From Ignavibacteria bacterium (GTDB lineage: Bacteria; Bacteroidota; Ignavibacteria; Kapaibacteriales; UBA4661): 64,000 bases of DNA. Positions 1 through 9,706 of the stretch are shown here, piece by piece; positions within the stretch are counted from its first letter, which is position 1, and every line of letters begins with the position of its first letter. The position numbers and the translations under genes were made by a program. The notes below the pieces were generated by a model, which did not search any database, was not told the DNA's origin, and saw nothing but the letters and a program-made list of their open reading frames with translations. Location: the NCBI GenBank assembly GCA_013298775.1, contig JAAFIV010000003.1, positions 141,460-205,459 of the forward strand. Direction: 5' to 3'.

Positions 1-1959
1 CCGCTTGGTGCGTGTCCGACCTGCGAAGGCTTTGGGCGCACGATGGGCATTGATGAGGATTTGGTGATTCCGAACAAGCAAAAATCCATCATGGACGGCG
101 CAGTGCATCCCTTCCAAACGCCCGCCCATACAAAGTATCAAACAGATTTATTGAAAGAAGCCGAAGCGCGTAAAATAGACCTCCGCAAGCCCATTGCCGC
201 TTTTACCAAAGAAGAATTTCGTTTCGTTTGGGAAGGCGCGGGCAAGTACGACGGCGTAACGGGCTTTTTCAAAATGGTCGAGGACAATTACCAAAAAATG
301 CACTACCGTGTGCTGATGAGCCGCTATCGGGGCTACACGCGCTGCTACGACTGCGGCGGTTCGCGCCTGAAATTGTCCGCTCGGCGCGTCTTTATTGGCG
401 CGAAGAGTATGAGTGAAGTTGTAAACATGACGCTTGAAGAAGCAGGAGAATTTTTCAACAGCCTGAAACTAAGCGAGTTCCAAGCGACCATCGCCGAGCG
501 CATTTTGAAGGAAATCACCACACGCCTCAGCCTCTTGAACGCAATGGGACTGGGCTACCTCACGCTCGACCGCTTGGCGCATACGCTCTCTGGCGGCGAG
601 GTGCAACGCATTAACCTTGCAACCTCGATTGGCTCATCGCTCGTCGGCGCGTTGTACGTGTTGGACGAACCCAGTATTGGTCTGCATCCGCGCGATACCG
701 AGCGCATGATTTCGGTCATGGAACGCCTTCGCAACTTAGGAAATACCGTGATTGTCGTCGAACACGACGAAGACATCATGCGCCGCGCCGATATGCTGAT
801 AGACATGGGACCAAAGGCGGGTGAGTTGGGCGGCGAGATTATTTTTCAAGGCACACACGCGGAAATTTTGAAGGATGAAAAATCGCTTACAGGCAAGTAT
901 TTATCGGGCAAGCTGGAGATTTCTATTCCCAAAACGCGCAATGCGGGCAATGGCAAAAGTATCGTCGTGAAGGGTGCGCATGAAAATAATTTGAAGAACA
1001 TTGATGTTGAAATTCCGCTTGGCAAAATGGTCGTCGTTACGGGCGTGAGCGGCTCTGGCAAATCTACCTTTGTGCATGATGTGTTCTACGGCGCGATGCT
1101 GCGGGCGTTGCAGCAACCCGTGAACAACGTCGGCAAGCACGAAGGCTTGGAAGGCGCACAAAATATAGCGCATATCGAAATGGTGGACCAGTCGCCGATT
1201 GGCAAATCGCCGCGCTCCACGCCCGCCACGTACACGAAAGCATTCGACTACATCCGCGATACCTTCTCCGACACGCAAGCCGCAAAGCAACTGGGCTGGA
1301 AGGCTGGTTATTTCTCCTTCAACGTTCCGGGCGGACGCTGCGAAACCTGTCAGGGCGATGGCATGGTGAAAATTGAAATGCAGTTTTTGGCAGATTTGTA
1401 CCTGCAATGCGAGGACTGTGGCGGTTCGCGCTACAAAAAGGAAGCTCGCAGTATTCTCTTCAAAAACAAATCTATCATTGATGTTTTGGATATGACGGTA
1501 GATGAAGCGGTGGAATTTTTTCAGGGTGAAAACCGCATTGTTGCTCGCTTGAAGCCCTTGCAGGATGTTGGTTTGGGCTATATGCGCTTGGGGCAGCCCG
1601 GCACGACACTCTCGGGCGGCGAGGCACAGCGCGTGAAATTGGCAACGCATTTGCTGGAAAAATCAAGCGAGGCGACCATGTTTATTTTCGATGAACCCAC
1701 CACAGGTCTGCATTTCGACGACATTGCGAAACTCATCAAAGCCTTCCAAGAACTCGTCAAGCGCGGTCATTCCTTGCTCATCGTCGAGCATAATCCCGAC
1801 GTGATGAAATGTGCGGATTGGATTCTGGACATGGGACCAGATGCCGGCGCGAAAGGCGGGACGCTCGTTGCGGCGGGAACGCCAGAAGACGTTGCAAAGG
1901 TGAAGGAATCGCACACGGGGCGGTTTTTGCGGGAAATGCTTACAGGTGTGAAGTTGTAA
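1..1959 (+). CDS. uvrA: Excinuclease ABC subunit A, C-terminal ~650 aa. The N-terminus lies upstream of the window.
   Basis: Frame 1 is open from base 1. It contains a CPTCEGFG zinc-finger-like motif and two ABC ATPase modules (GVSGSGKST Walker A, LSGGE signatures). Confidence 0.9.
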   Translation, partial: PLGACPTCEGFGRTMGIDEDLVIPNKQKSIMDGAVHPFQTPAHTKYQTDLLKEAEARKIDLRKPIAAFTKEEFRFVWEGAGKYDGVTGFFKMVEDNYQKMHYRVLMSRYRGYTRCYDCGGSRLKLSARRVFIGAKSMSEVVNMTLEEAGEFFNSLKLSEFQATIAERILKEITTRLSLLNAMGLGYLTLDRLAHTLSGGEVQRINLATSIGSSLVGALYVLDEPSIGLHPRDTERMISVMERLRNLGNTVIVVEHDEDIMRRADMLIDMGPKAGELGGEIIFQGTHAEILKDEKSLTGKYLSGKLEISIPKTRNAGNGKSIVVKGAHENNLKNIDVEIPLGKMVVVTGVSGSGKSTFVHDVFYGAMLRALQQPVNNVGKHEGLEGAQNIAHIEMVDQSPIGKSPRSTPATYTKAFDYIRDTFSDTQAAKQLGWKAGYFSFNVPGGRCETCQGDGMVKIEMQFLADLYLQCEDCGGSRYKKEARSILFKNKSIIDVLDMTVDEAVEFFQGENRIVARLKPLQDVGLGYMRLGQPGTTLSGGEAQRVKLATHLLEKSSEATMFIFDEPTTGLHFDDIAKLIKAFQELVKRGHSLLIVEHNPDVMKCADWILDMGPDAGAKGGTLVAAGTPEDVAKVKESHTGRFLREMLTGVKL

Positions 1960-2053
1960 AGCTAGTGTTTATCAGTGTTTCTGTCCATTGCAGATATTTT
2001 TGTAGGTGTTGTTATTTCAAGAATATACTTCTCAATGTTGTTGATATGAGTTT

Positions 2054-2602
2054 ATGGCAAAACGCTCCAAAGCCCTCGCTGCTGTCTTTGCGAAGCTGCA
2101 AAACTGGACACAGACAACACGCAGCGAACTTCTTTTTGTAACGTTTCTTTTAAGTGGACTGCTTGCGGGACTCGTATTTACAAAGGTTTCACGGTATCAC
2201 CCCGAAGAAGTTTCTATGACCAATAGCGAACTTCAGCACGTGATGGACAGCCTCGCCATCGTGGAAGCCAGCACCTATACAGGCGTTACGCCCAACGCCG
2301 AGCCAGTGCCAGAGCTTGCCAAAGGAGATACGTTGCTGAAACAAGGCATGGGGACTGGTTTTGGGGGAAATCAAACACGGGGAAGAAAAGCGGGAAGTGA
2401 AAAAATTAGCACAGGAACAATCAAACTCAATACTGCCACAGTGCGAGATTTAATGCGGCTTCCGGGCGTGGGCGAAGCAACGGCAGAGAAGATTCTCGCC
2501 GAGCGCACCACGCGCCGTTTTACGCGTATTGAAGACGTGATGCGGGTCAAGGGAATTGGCAAGAAAAAATTTGAAGCAATGAAGCCATTTTTGGAGTTAT
2601 AG
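2054..2602 (+). CDS. ComEA-family helix-hairpin-helix DNA-binding protein with an N-terminal membrane anchor
   Basis: C-terminal LNTATVRDLMRLPGVGEATAEKILAER...VKGIGKKKFEAMKPFL is a ComEA-type tandem HhH. A TM segment lies near the N-terminus. Confidence 0.7.
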   Translation: MAKRSKALAAVFAKLQNWTQTTRSELLFVTFLLSGLLAGLVFTKVSRYHPEEVSMTNSELQHVMDSLAIVEASTYTGVTPNAEPVPELAKGDTLLKQGMGTGFGGNQTRGRKAGSEKISTGTIKLNTATVRDLMRLPGVGEATAEKILAERTTRRFTRIEDVMRVKGIGKKKFEAMKPFLEL

Positions 2603-2666
2603 GCGGCGCAGGTATAGTATTTGCTCGTTCAGATTCAGATAAAACTTCTGAACAGCACGAAAAATC

Positions 2667-2751
2667 AGGCTTCAGTGGCACAGACATTCTTGTCTGTGTG
2701 GTACACCTGAACCTCGCACCAACACTCACAGACAAGAATGTCTGTGCCACT
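2667..2751. repeat. Family-2 palindromic repeat: double CAGACA-N4-TGTCTG hairpin with outer GTGGCAC/GTGCCAC arms. Second copy at 62284-62367.
   Basis: Near-identical 85-bp sequence occurs at both loci. It is internally palindromic and intergenic. Confidence 0.8.
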
Positions 2752-2793
2752 ATATAATCTTTTTGTTGTGTCGCACTATCACTCATTTTCCGC

Positions 2794-3696
2794 CTACTGC
2801 CGCGCCATCACAAATGGCACACAATTACAAATTTTCTGCACTGTCGGCTTGGCTTTATCGGCAGCTTCTCGGCTAGAGTACACGCCAACAGTAACGGCAT
2901 ATTTTGCTGCCCCTTCCAAATTTTTTTCAATAATATTCGCTTTCATTCGCGCTTTGCGAAATCGCTCAACTTCCTCATCAGCACTGGCTTTGGTGGCATA
3001 TAAGCCTACTTGTAGTGTGAAGCGCGTTGCTTCTTCGGCATCCGTTGCTGCGGGAGTTGTCGCAGGAGGAGTCTTTTCCAAAGCCATATTGGGTACGGCT
3101 TCTGGGGCTGATTTTGGTTTTGCGGGTTCGCTTTTTACTGGCTCTAGTTTTGTCTCCGCTTTTGGCGAAGAAGGCTCAGAGCGCACTACCAATGGGCGTT
3201 CTGGCGGAGTATTGGAGGATGCAACAACAATACTCGGACGCGCTGCGCCAAACGACGGTGGCAAGCCAACGGCTGATTTGACAATCTCCGCCGAAAACAG
3301 CAAAAACTCCGACGCGGGATATTTTTTGCGAAAGGTTTGTAGCTCCGAGCGAGCATTCATCGTGTCTTTGCGCAATGCGTAAATCTGCACCACGCGCCAC
3401 TGCGCATCATCCGCCCAAATACTTTGTGGGCTTTCCCGCACAATGCGCACAAACAGCGGCAATGCTTTATTGCCGTCGGTGAGCAAAGTTGCATTCAAAA
3501 ACTGCACACCTGCGTCGTTGGGATACGATTTTACCAAGTCTGGCAATTCCGCTCGCACCGCAGCAGCATTTCCCAGCGCAACTTGGCGGAGTTTCGCCCG
3601 CACAAGATTATCCGTGCCTTGTGCGCCGCTTGTTGTCTGCGTTTGCGCTTGCATCTGTACGCTACACCAACACGCACACACCAGCAATGAAGCCAT
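2794..3696 (-). CDS. SPOR-domain protein with an N-terminal signal peptide (peptidoglycan-binding, division-associated)
   Basis: C-terminal FTLQVGLYATKASADEEVERFRK...YAVTVGVYSSREAADKA matches the SPOR fold pattern. A Pro/Ala/Lys-rich linker precedes it. Start chosen at MASLLVCAC. Confidence 0.5.
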   Translation of the reverse strand: MASLLVCACWCSVQMQAQTQTTSGAQGTDNLVRAKLRQVALGNAAAVRAELPDLVKSYPNDAGVQFLNATLLTDGNKALPLFVRIVRESPQSIWADDAQWRVVQIYALRKDTMNARSELQTFRKKYPASEFLLFSAEIVKSAVGLPPSFGAARPSIVVASSNTPPERPLVVRSEPSSPKAETKLEPVKSEPAKPKSAPEAVPNMALEKTPPATTPAATDAEEATRFTLQVGLYATKASADEEVERFRKARMKANIIEKNLEGAAKYAVTVGVYSSREAADKAKPTVQKICNCVPFVMARQ

Positions 3697-3760
3697 TCGG
3701 CGGCGAAGAGAATGAACAAAAAAAGACATCATAGACGAGGGGGAACAAATTCACAAAGGT

Positions 3761-3835
3761 TTTACGATTATTTCAGAACAATTTTAGAACGATTTCAGAA
3801 CAATTTTAGAACGATTTCAGAATGATTTCACTGCA
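3761..3835. repeat. Tandem ~22-bp direct repeat (ATTTCAGAACAATTTTAGAACG x ~3.3) in the divergent promoter region between the SPOR gene and murG
   Basis: Direct reading: tttcagaacaattttagaacgatttcagaacaattttagaacgatttcagaatgatttcac. Confidence 0.8.
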
Positions 3836-3906
3836 AATTACATATTTTTGTGCTTTCTTTTGACCTTGAAGTTTAATTCGACCACTACAACGCCCCAGAG
3901 TACCTC

Positions 3907-5043
3907 ATGGAACAAACACCGCATGAATCCATTTTGCCTCAAACTCCCTTCAAAGCCTTGATTGCTGCTGGCGGGACGGGTGGACATTTGTTTCCTGCTA
4001 TTGCGGTTGCTGAAGAATGCGCGGCGATGGTGGGCGGAAATTGCGCGATAGAATTCATCGGCACCGCCGACCGAATTGAGGCAACAATCGTGCCAAAACA
4101 TGGCTATCCGTTTCATACCTTGCCGATAGCGGGCTTGCAAAAACTCTTTTCCTTCAATACGCTAAAATTGCCGTTTCAAATTCTGCAATCCATTCAAAAA
4201 GCGCGTTCTGTGTTGCAAGCAATGAAGCCGCATTGCGTCATTTGCGCGGGCGCGTATTTGAGCTATCCCGTTGGTATTGCTGCTTCGCAGCTTGGTATTC
4301 CCTTGTTTTTGATGGAGTCGAATGCGATTCCTGGAAAAACAATTTTGCAGCTTGCTTCCCGCGCAACAAGGATTTATGCGACGTTTGAGGAATCGCGCCA
4401 GCATTTTTCGGCAAATATTCAATCGAAAATTGAGGTAAAAGGAAATCCTGTCCGCTCGAATTTATCTACTCTTCCCGACCAACGCACGGCTCGAATCGCA
4501 TTAAACCTCGCAATCGACAAACCGACTATCTTTATCTTCGGAGGCAGCTTGGGAGCGCGTTCTATCAATGCGGCGGTGAATGATGCAATGGATAAATTTC
4601 GTGCCGCAGGAATTCAAGTGCTGTGGCAAACAGGCAAAAACTATTCGCCCATGACCAACACGGGCGGCGTTGCTGAGGTGCTGACCTTCATTGATAACAT
4701 GGCACATGCCTACGCTGCCGCCGACCTCGTTGTTTGCCGCGCTGGAGCGACCACGCTTGCTGAACTTGCCATTGTCCGCAAACCCGCTATTTTGGTGCCA
4801 TTTCCGCAAGCTGCCAACGACCATCAAACCGCCAATGCACGCGCCCTTCAAGAACAAGGCGCGGCAATTCTTCTCCGCGATGCTGATGTTCGCGCACGAC
4901 TCTTCGAGTCGGCACACGGCATTCTGCAAAATACTCGCGCACAAGCCGCAATGACCGACGCGCTCACGCGGTTTGCCAAGCCACAGGCGGCGCGGGATAT
5001 TGCGGAGGCAATTTTGCAGCAAGTGTACTCGCAAAGCGCATGA
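3907..5043 (+). CDS. murG: UDP-N-acetylglucosamine--N-acetylmuramyl-(pentapeptide) pyrophosphoryl-undecaprenol GlcNAc transferase
   Basis: N-terminal GGTGGHLFPAIAVAEE and central/C-terminal GT-B motifs typical of MurG. Length 378 aa. Confidence 0.85.
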   Translation: MEQTPHESILPQTPFKALIAAGGTGGHLFPAIAVAEECAAMVGGNCAIEFIGTADRIEATIVPKHGYPFHTLPIAGLQKLFSFNTLKLPFQILQSIQKARSVLQAMKPHCVICAGAYLSYPVGIAASQLGIPLFLMESNAIPGKTILQLASRATRIYATFEESRQHFSANIQSKIEVKGNPVRSNLSTLPDQRTARIALNLAIDKPTIFIFGGSLGARSINAAVNDAMDKFRAAGIQVLWQTGKNYSPMTNTGGVAEVLTFIDNMAHAYAAADLVVCRAGATTLAELAIVRKPAILVPFPQAANDHQTANARALQEQGAAILLRDADVRARLFESAHGILQNTRAQAAMTDALTRFAKPQAARDIAEAILQQVYSQSA

Positions 5044-5063
5044 ATAATTGTTTTACTCAAGGT

Positions 5064-5175
5064 CTTCCCGTCGGGCGGCTGAGGAGTGCAGATACGATGC
5101 CGTCCGGCGGGTTGGCGGCTTGTACAAAACCCGCCGGACGGCTACTGCACTTGTGATAACAGCCGCTTGGGCGGG
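5064..5175. repeat. Family-1 composite palindromic element (~112 bp), orientation B
   Basis: Outer inverted repeat CCCGTCGGGCGGCTG/CAGCCGC(TTG)GGCGGGG, inner inverted repeat GCCGTCCGGCGGG/CCCGCCGGACGGC and a GCTTGTACA loop. Seven full copies plus one half copy occur in the window. Confidence 0.85.
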
Positions 5176-5228
5176 GCGGTATCTGAACTCATTTGCTCGA
5201 AAAATTTCCTTTTTCAATCCACACCACC

Positions 5229-5939
5229 ATGCCACTACTGCTTCGCGCTGAAAATCTTCATAAATCCTACACCACAGCCACAGGAGCGGCTTCAACACCA
5301 GTGTTGCGCGGTGTTTCGCTGAATATTGAGCAAGGCGAAATTATTGCGATTGTCGGCGCGTCGGGCGCAGGAAAAAGCACCTTGCTCCATCTTTTGGGCG
5401 CGTTGGACGAAGCTGATGAAGGAACGATTGAGCTGCATTCCGCCACTGAAGGCAGCACCACGCCTCGCTTGTACGCCTCGTTGAACGACACCGAGCTTTC
5501 GGCTTTGCGCAACTCGTTGTTGGGATTTATCTTTCAATTTCACCATCTCTTGCCCGAATTTACGGCATTGGAAAATGTGATGATGCCGCTTTTGATTGCA
5601 GGAGTGCCGCAGAATCAAGCAAAGGTGAGGGCGCAAGAGCTTTTGGAGCAGGTCGGCTTGCAGGAGCGTGTGCAACACAAGCCCGACGCGCTCTCTGGCG
5701 GCGAGCAGCAGCGCGTGGCGTTTGCGCGGGCAATGGTGAATAATCCGATATTGGTGCTGGCAGACGAGCCAACGGGGAATCTTGATGCCACCAACAGCGC
5801 ATTATTGCTGGATTTGATGAAACGTTTTCGCACAGAACGCGGCACAACGTTTGTTCTCGTCACTCACAGCGCAGAACTTGCCGCCGGAGCCGATAAATGC
5901 TTGCGTTTACAGGCGGGACAGTTTACTGAACGTGTGTGA
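5229..5939 (+). CDS. lolD: ABC transporter ATP-binding protein, LolD/MacB-like
   Basis: GASGAGKST Walker A, LSGGEQQRVAFARA signature, LADEPTGNLD Walker B. Start at MPLLLRAENL. Confidence 0.75.
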   Translation: MPLLLRAENLHKSYTTATGAASTPVLRGVSLNIEQGEIIAIVGASGAGKSTLLHLLGALDEADEGTIELHSATEGSTTPRLYASLNDTELSALRNSLLGFIFQFHHLLPEFTALENVMMPLLIAGVPQNQAKVRAQELLEQVGLQERVQHKPDALSGGEQQRVAFARAMVNNPILVLADEPTGNLDATNSALLLDLMKRFRTERGTTFVLVTHSAELAAGADKCLRLQAGQFTERV

Positions 5940-5983
5940 TACGGTTATGGATGCAGTACCGTAGTTAATACCGTAGCGTCGTG

Positions 5984-6053
5984 CGGCGCAGACAGGAGTG
6001 TCCGCGCTACTGATGAATACTGGCTTCGGTAGAACAGACACTCTTGTCTGTTC
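5984..6053. repeat. Family-3 paired-hairpin repeat (GCGCAGACAGGAGTGTCYGCGC ... GGCTTCGGTA GAACAGACACTCTTGTCTGTTC). Other copies at 24513-24583, 54182-54266 (circularly permuted), 10484-10535 (partial, intragenic) and 46713-46745 (partial).
   Basis: Shared CAGACA-N4-TGTCTG hairpins and a GGCTTCGGTA/TACC linker were read directly at all loci. Confidence 0.8.
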
Positions 6054-6194
6054 ATAAACTATAATTCTACACACATCCGCCAAAGCATTTGCGATAGCAC
6101 TTGCAAGAAAGCGCGAAGGCAGTTATTTTGAGGTGCGCAGAATACACACAATCACCGCACCTTCACGACGTGAAGAATATTATCGAACAAATCT

Positions 6195-6716
6195 ATGGCT
6201 CTCTCAACATCGTCAGAATCTGGAACATCGCCCTCGCCTGAAACGCCCTCCATTACCATCACTCATGCTGTAACGCCTGAGTTGGTGCGCTTTTTCCGCT
6301 CTCTCGCCAGCGAGCTTATTGATGGCTACGGCTTCGACCTGAGCTTTCAAGGCGTGAACGAGGAATTGGCGAATTTGCCTGGCGAGTATGCCGCTCCCGA
6401 AGGCGCACTCGTGCTGGCGTTTGTGAATGGATTAGCGGCGGGCTGTGTTGCCATGCGTCCTTTGGGCGATGGCTATTGCGAAATGAAGCGATTGTATGTG
6501 CGCACGGATTATCGGCGTTTTCACATTGGCAGAATTTTATGCAAAGAATTGATGGACACCGCACGGAAACAGGGCTATAAGGCAATGCGCCTTGATACGC
6601 GCGGCAGCATGATGCAAACCGCTATTCGCCTCTATGAATCGCTTGGATTTTACGAAATTCCGCCCTACAACAACGCTCCTTTCGAGGACATGTACTACAT
6701 GGAATGCAAGCTGTAA
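6195..6716 (+). CDS. GNAT-family N-acetyltransferase
   Basis: The C-terminal half has GNAT acetyl-CoA-binding region features (RRFHIGRILCKELMDTARKQG...LYESLGF). Confidence 0.65.
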   Translation: MALSTSSESGTSPSPETPSITITHAVTPELVRFFRSLASELIDGYGFDLSFQGVNEELANLPGEYAAPEGALVLAFVNGLAAGCVAMRPLGDGYCEMKRLYVRTDYRRFHIGRILCKELMDTARKQGYKAMRLDTRGSMMQTAIRLYESLGFYEIPPYNNAPFEDMYYMECKL

Positions 6717-6809
6717 ACCTTAATAAAATTTACACTTATCGCTCAAAACTCAATACTTAAAACGTTCTTCTTTCCACCCGCTTTTCGGAGCAATTTTTTC
6801 AGAAACAGT

Positions 6810-7190
6810 ATGAATTTTCCCGATACCCTCAAATACACCAAAGAACACGAATGGGTTCGCGTTGAAGGCACAACCGCGATTGTCGGCATTACCGACCACG
6901 CACAAGGCGAACTTGGCGACATCGTGTATGTGGATATTCCCGATGCCGCAGCAACGCTGAAACAAGGCGATACCTTTGGCACAATTGAAGCAGTAAAGAC
7001 CGTTGCAGACTTGTTCTCGCCTGTGAGCGGCACCATTACTGAGGTTCACAGTGCGGTGAATGACGCGCCAGAATCGGTGAATAGCGACCCGTACACGGAA
7101 GGCTGGCTTGTGAAAATTGAAATGTCCAATCCCGCCGAAGTGGACGCGCTCATGGATGTTGTGGCGTACAAGGCTTTGGTTGGGCAATAG
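6810..7190 (+). CDS. gcvH: Glycine cleavage system H protein
   Basis: 126 aa. The conserved lipoyl-lysine motif EAVKTV and flanking GcvH consensus (YTKEHEW...GITDHAQ) are present. Confidence 0.9.
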   Translation: MNFPDTLKYTKEHEWVRVEGTTAIVGITDHAQGELGDIVYVDIPDAAATLKQGDTFGTIEAVKTVADLFSPVSGTITEVHSAVNDAPESVNSDPYTEGWLVKIEMSNPAEVDALMDVVAYKALVGQ

Positions 7191-7200
7191 ATTATTTGTA

Positions 7201-7246
7201 CCCGTCGGGCGGCTGTTATCACAAGCACAGTAGCCGTCCGGCGGGT
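7201..7246. repeat. Half copy of the family-1 element (left arm only)
   Basis: CCCGTCGGGCGGCTGTTATCACAAGCACAGTAGCCGTCCGGCGGG is present without the right arm. It sits between the gcvH stop and the histidine kinase stop. Confidence 0.8.
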
Positions 7247-7258
7247 TTTCCTCGCGAA

Positions 7259-8293
7259 TCACAACAACGGCACTTTCACGCAAAATACTTCATTCACCTC
7301 CGCAATCACCACAGGACGCTCGTCCAAATAGCTGTACAACTGCACCACGCGCTGCAATCCCTGCCGATTCGACTCCTCGACCATTGTTTTTCGCTGCACA
7401 TTATTTGCTACCGATAAATAGCCATTTCCGTCGAAAATCCTGATATGAAGCGATTTCTGCGCTGAGGCGATATTGTGTTTTACCGCATTTTCAATAAGAA
7501 TTTGCAGCGTAACAGGCGCAATTTTTTTTGTCAATATCTCCTCGTTTACTTCAAAATCTACCTTCAAACCCTCTTGAAACCTAGTCTCCAGCAAATGCAC
7601 ATATCGCTTGACGAAGGTGAGTTCTGTTTCAAGCGAAACAAGTTCATTATTGGCTTGCAGCACGTAGCGATAGACTTTGGAAAGCTGTTGTAAAAAATCA
7701 CTGGCAAGCTGCGGATTCTCAAAAATAAGGCTGTTCAGCGAAGTGAGACTATTGAACAGAAAGTGAGGATTGAACTGGTTTTTGAGGTTGTCGAACTGCA
7801 CTTCGGCGCGTTCTTTTTGGAGGCGTTCATTGCGCAGAAGTTCAGCTTTCCATTTATCAAAAAAATCTTTTCCAAAGAGCGAGAGATTGATAGAAAAAGT
7901 CAATAAAAAACCTGTGAGCGTTGCCGCAACCATGAAGGGTTTGGTGAGCATGGGAAGGCGCAAAACGAGCGGAATATATTCGCCATAAAACCACCAGGAA
8001 ACAACAGCAATACAGGCAAAAAAGACCCACCCAATGAGTACCTGCGCGGCAATTCGGCGTACCACACGCATATCCGATGAAAAGAGGCGAATATCGTAGG
8101 GGAGAAGTTCATTCAATGTATTGTGCAACCACACAAAACCTTCCAACAATGCTGGTCCGAACACAAACGCTGCGCAAAATGAGAAAATATGCAGGTTTAT
8201 GCCCAATTCAGGAAACACATACGCCCGCACCGACGCACCAATGAGGTTCGCGGTAATCACAATCGGGTAGGCTTTTTTGCGATTGATAGTCAT
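7259..8293 (-). CDS. LytS/YehU-family sensor histidine kinase (membrane sensor plus His_kinase/HATPase)
   Basis: Multi-TM N-terminus. A FLFNSLTSLNSLI...LSKVYRYVLQ block (PF06580-type His kinase region) is followed by an ATPase domain. Confidence 0.7.
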   Translation of the reverse strand: MTINRKKAYPIVITANLIGASVRAYVFPELGINLHIFSFCAAFVFGPALLEGFVWLHNTLNELLPYDIRLFSSDMRVVRRIAAQVLIGWVFFACIAVVSWWFYGEYIPLVLRLPMLTKPFMVAATLTGFLLTFSINLSLFGKDFFDKWKAELLRNERLQKERAEVQFDNLKNQFNPHFLFNSLTSLNSLIFENPQLASDFLQQLSKVYRYVLQANNELVSLETELTFVKRYVHLLETRFQEGLKVDFEVNEEILTKKIAPVTLQILIENAVKHNIASAQKSLHIRIFDGNGYLSVANNVQRKTMVEESNRQGLQRVVQLYSYLDERPVVIAEVNEVFCVKVPLL

Positions 8294-8323
8294 AATGATT
8301 GTCCAGTCTTGTCATAAAATTCT

Positions 8324-9673
8324 CTACGTCGCTTCAACACTTGCGCGGAAGTGCTTCAATCCAAACGAATACAAGCACACCGCAAGCGACAAACTTCCCA
8401 GCGCGACTGTCGCAATCGAATACTTGAGAAGAAGCGGATTTCCATACACATAATCCGTCAAAGCCGCAACAATGTTGGGTCCGAGGCTTCCACCCAGAAT
8501 GTTGATGGTAAGCAGATACAATGCCCCCGCCTGACCGCGCATTTGATTCGGAAAAAGCTGCTGAATGGCGGCTGGAGCCGCTCCGTAGGGCATAAAACCG
8601 AAAAAGCCTGTGGCAATGAAAAATGGCGCAGCAAGATTTCCCGACGGCATAAAGGGCATAATCACGGCAAAGGGCAGCAAACCTGCGGCGGCAATGAGCA
8701 TCACGCGCATATTTGCATCGCTTTTGCCGCGCTCGAAAAAGTATTTTGCCAAGCGGCTGCCCACCCACAAACCCAGCGTTCCCATGATGATACTCGTGCT
8801 ACCTTGCCAAACGCCGATGTCTGCTTTCTTCCAGGCAAAGGTGCGCACAAAAAATTCGGGAAACCAAAAGCCCACACCTTGATTGAAAATTGAAAACATT
8901 CCAAAGCCAACAACATGGCAGAAAACCGCCATTTTATGCCGCTTGACGTGCTGAAAAAAATCGGAAAGTGTTGTGGCGGAATTGTGCGAATCCACGCCAA
9001 GCCGCTTGGGTTCTCGCACGGTGAGCATGAGCGCGGCAACGGCAAGTCCGGGCAAGCCGACCATGAAGAAAATAAGCTGCCAAGCGTGGATGTCGCCTAG
9101 CACGGGAAGGTTCATCATTCCTGCTCCGGCGGCAAATCCTGCTATGCTTCCTGCCAGCATGACCGCCGTTCCATTGCCAATCGAAATGCCCATCGAATAG
9201 ACGCTCATTGCGGTTGTGCGCTTTTTGGGTGGGAAGTAATCGGCAATGAGCGAATACGCCGCCGGACTCAGCGTCGCCTCGCCAAAGCCCACCGCCACGC
9301 GCCCGATAAAAAGCTGCACGTAGGATGCCGCCAAGCCGCAATACGCCGTCGCCAGCGACCACAGCGTAATGCCAACAGCCGCAAAACTCCTGCGATTCAG
9401 CCTATCTGCCAGCCTACCCGCAGGAACGCCCAGCACCGAGTAAAACAGCGTAAAAGCGATGCCCATAAGCAAACTCATTTGCGAATCGTTGATGCGAAAG
9501 GTTGCTTTGATTGGTCCCACCAAATAGCTGATAATCACGCGGTCAATCATGGACGACGTGTAGGCGAGAACGAGAATCCCGACGGCGTACCATGCCGCCG
9601 AAGAGCGTGGATACTGGGTTTCGGTAGGAGAATTGGAATCATTGTGTATTTGTTGTTGCATGGTGGGTTTCAA
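8324..9673 (-). CDS. MFS-family transporter
   Basis: 12 predicted TM segments. The MFS signature-like GRLADRLNRR lies between TM2 and TM3. Confidence 0.75.
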   Translation of the reverse strand: MKPTMQQQIHNDSNSPTETQYPRSSAAWYAVGILVLAYTSSMIDRVIISYLVGPIKATFRINDSQMSLLMGIAFTLFYSVLGVPAGRLADRLNRRSFAAVGITLWSLATAYCGLAASYVQLFIGRVAVGFGEATLSPAAYSLIADYFPPKKRTTAMSVYSMGISIGNGTAVMLAGSIAGFAAGAGMMNLPVLGDIHAWQLIFFMVGLPGLAVAALMLTVREPKRLGVDSHNSATTLSDFFQHVKRHKMAVFCHVVGFGMFSIFNQGVGFWFPEFFVRTFAWKKADIGVWQGSTSIIMGTLGLWVGSRLAKYFFERGKSDANMRVMLIAAAGLLPFAVIMPFMPSGNLAAPFFIATGFFGFMPYGAAPAAIQQLFPNQMRGQAGALYLLTINILGGSLGPNIVAALTDYVYGNPLLLKYSIATVALGSLSLAVCLYSFGLKHFRASVEAT

Positions 9674-9706
9674 GGTTTGAGAAATGATATTTTTTACGGA
9701 AATTTT

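Noticed and set aside
5086-5322. ORFs through family-1 repeats encoding PDGYC(T/A)CDNSRP-like peptides (also 11121-11441, 28374-28745, 36702-36917, 55536-55769 and others)
   Set aside because: They recur only because the same palindromic DNA is being translated. They show no start context and no conservation outside the repeat, so they are artefacts of six-frame translation.
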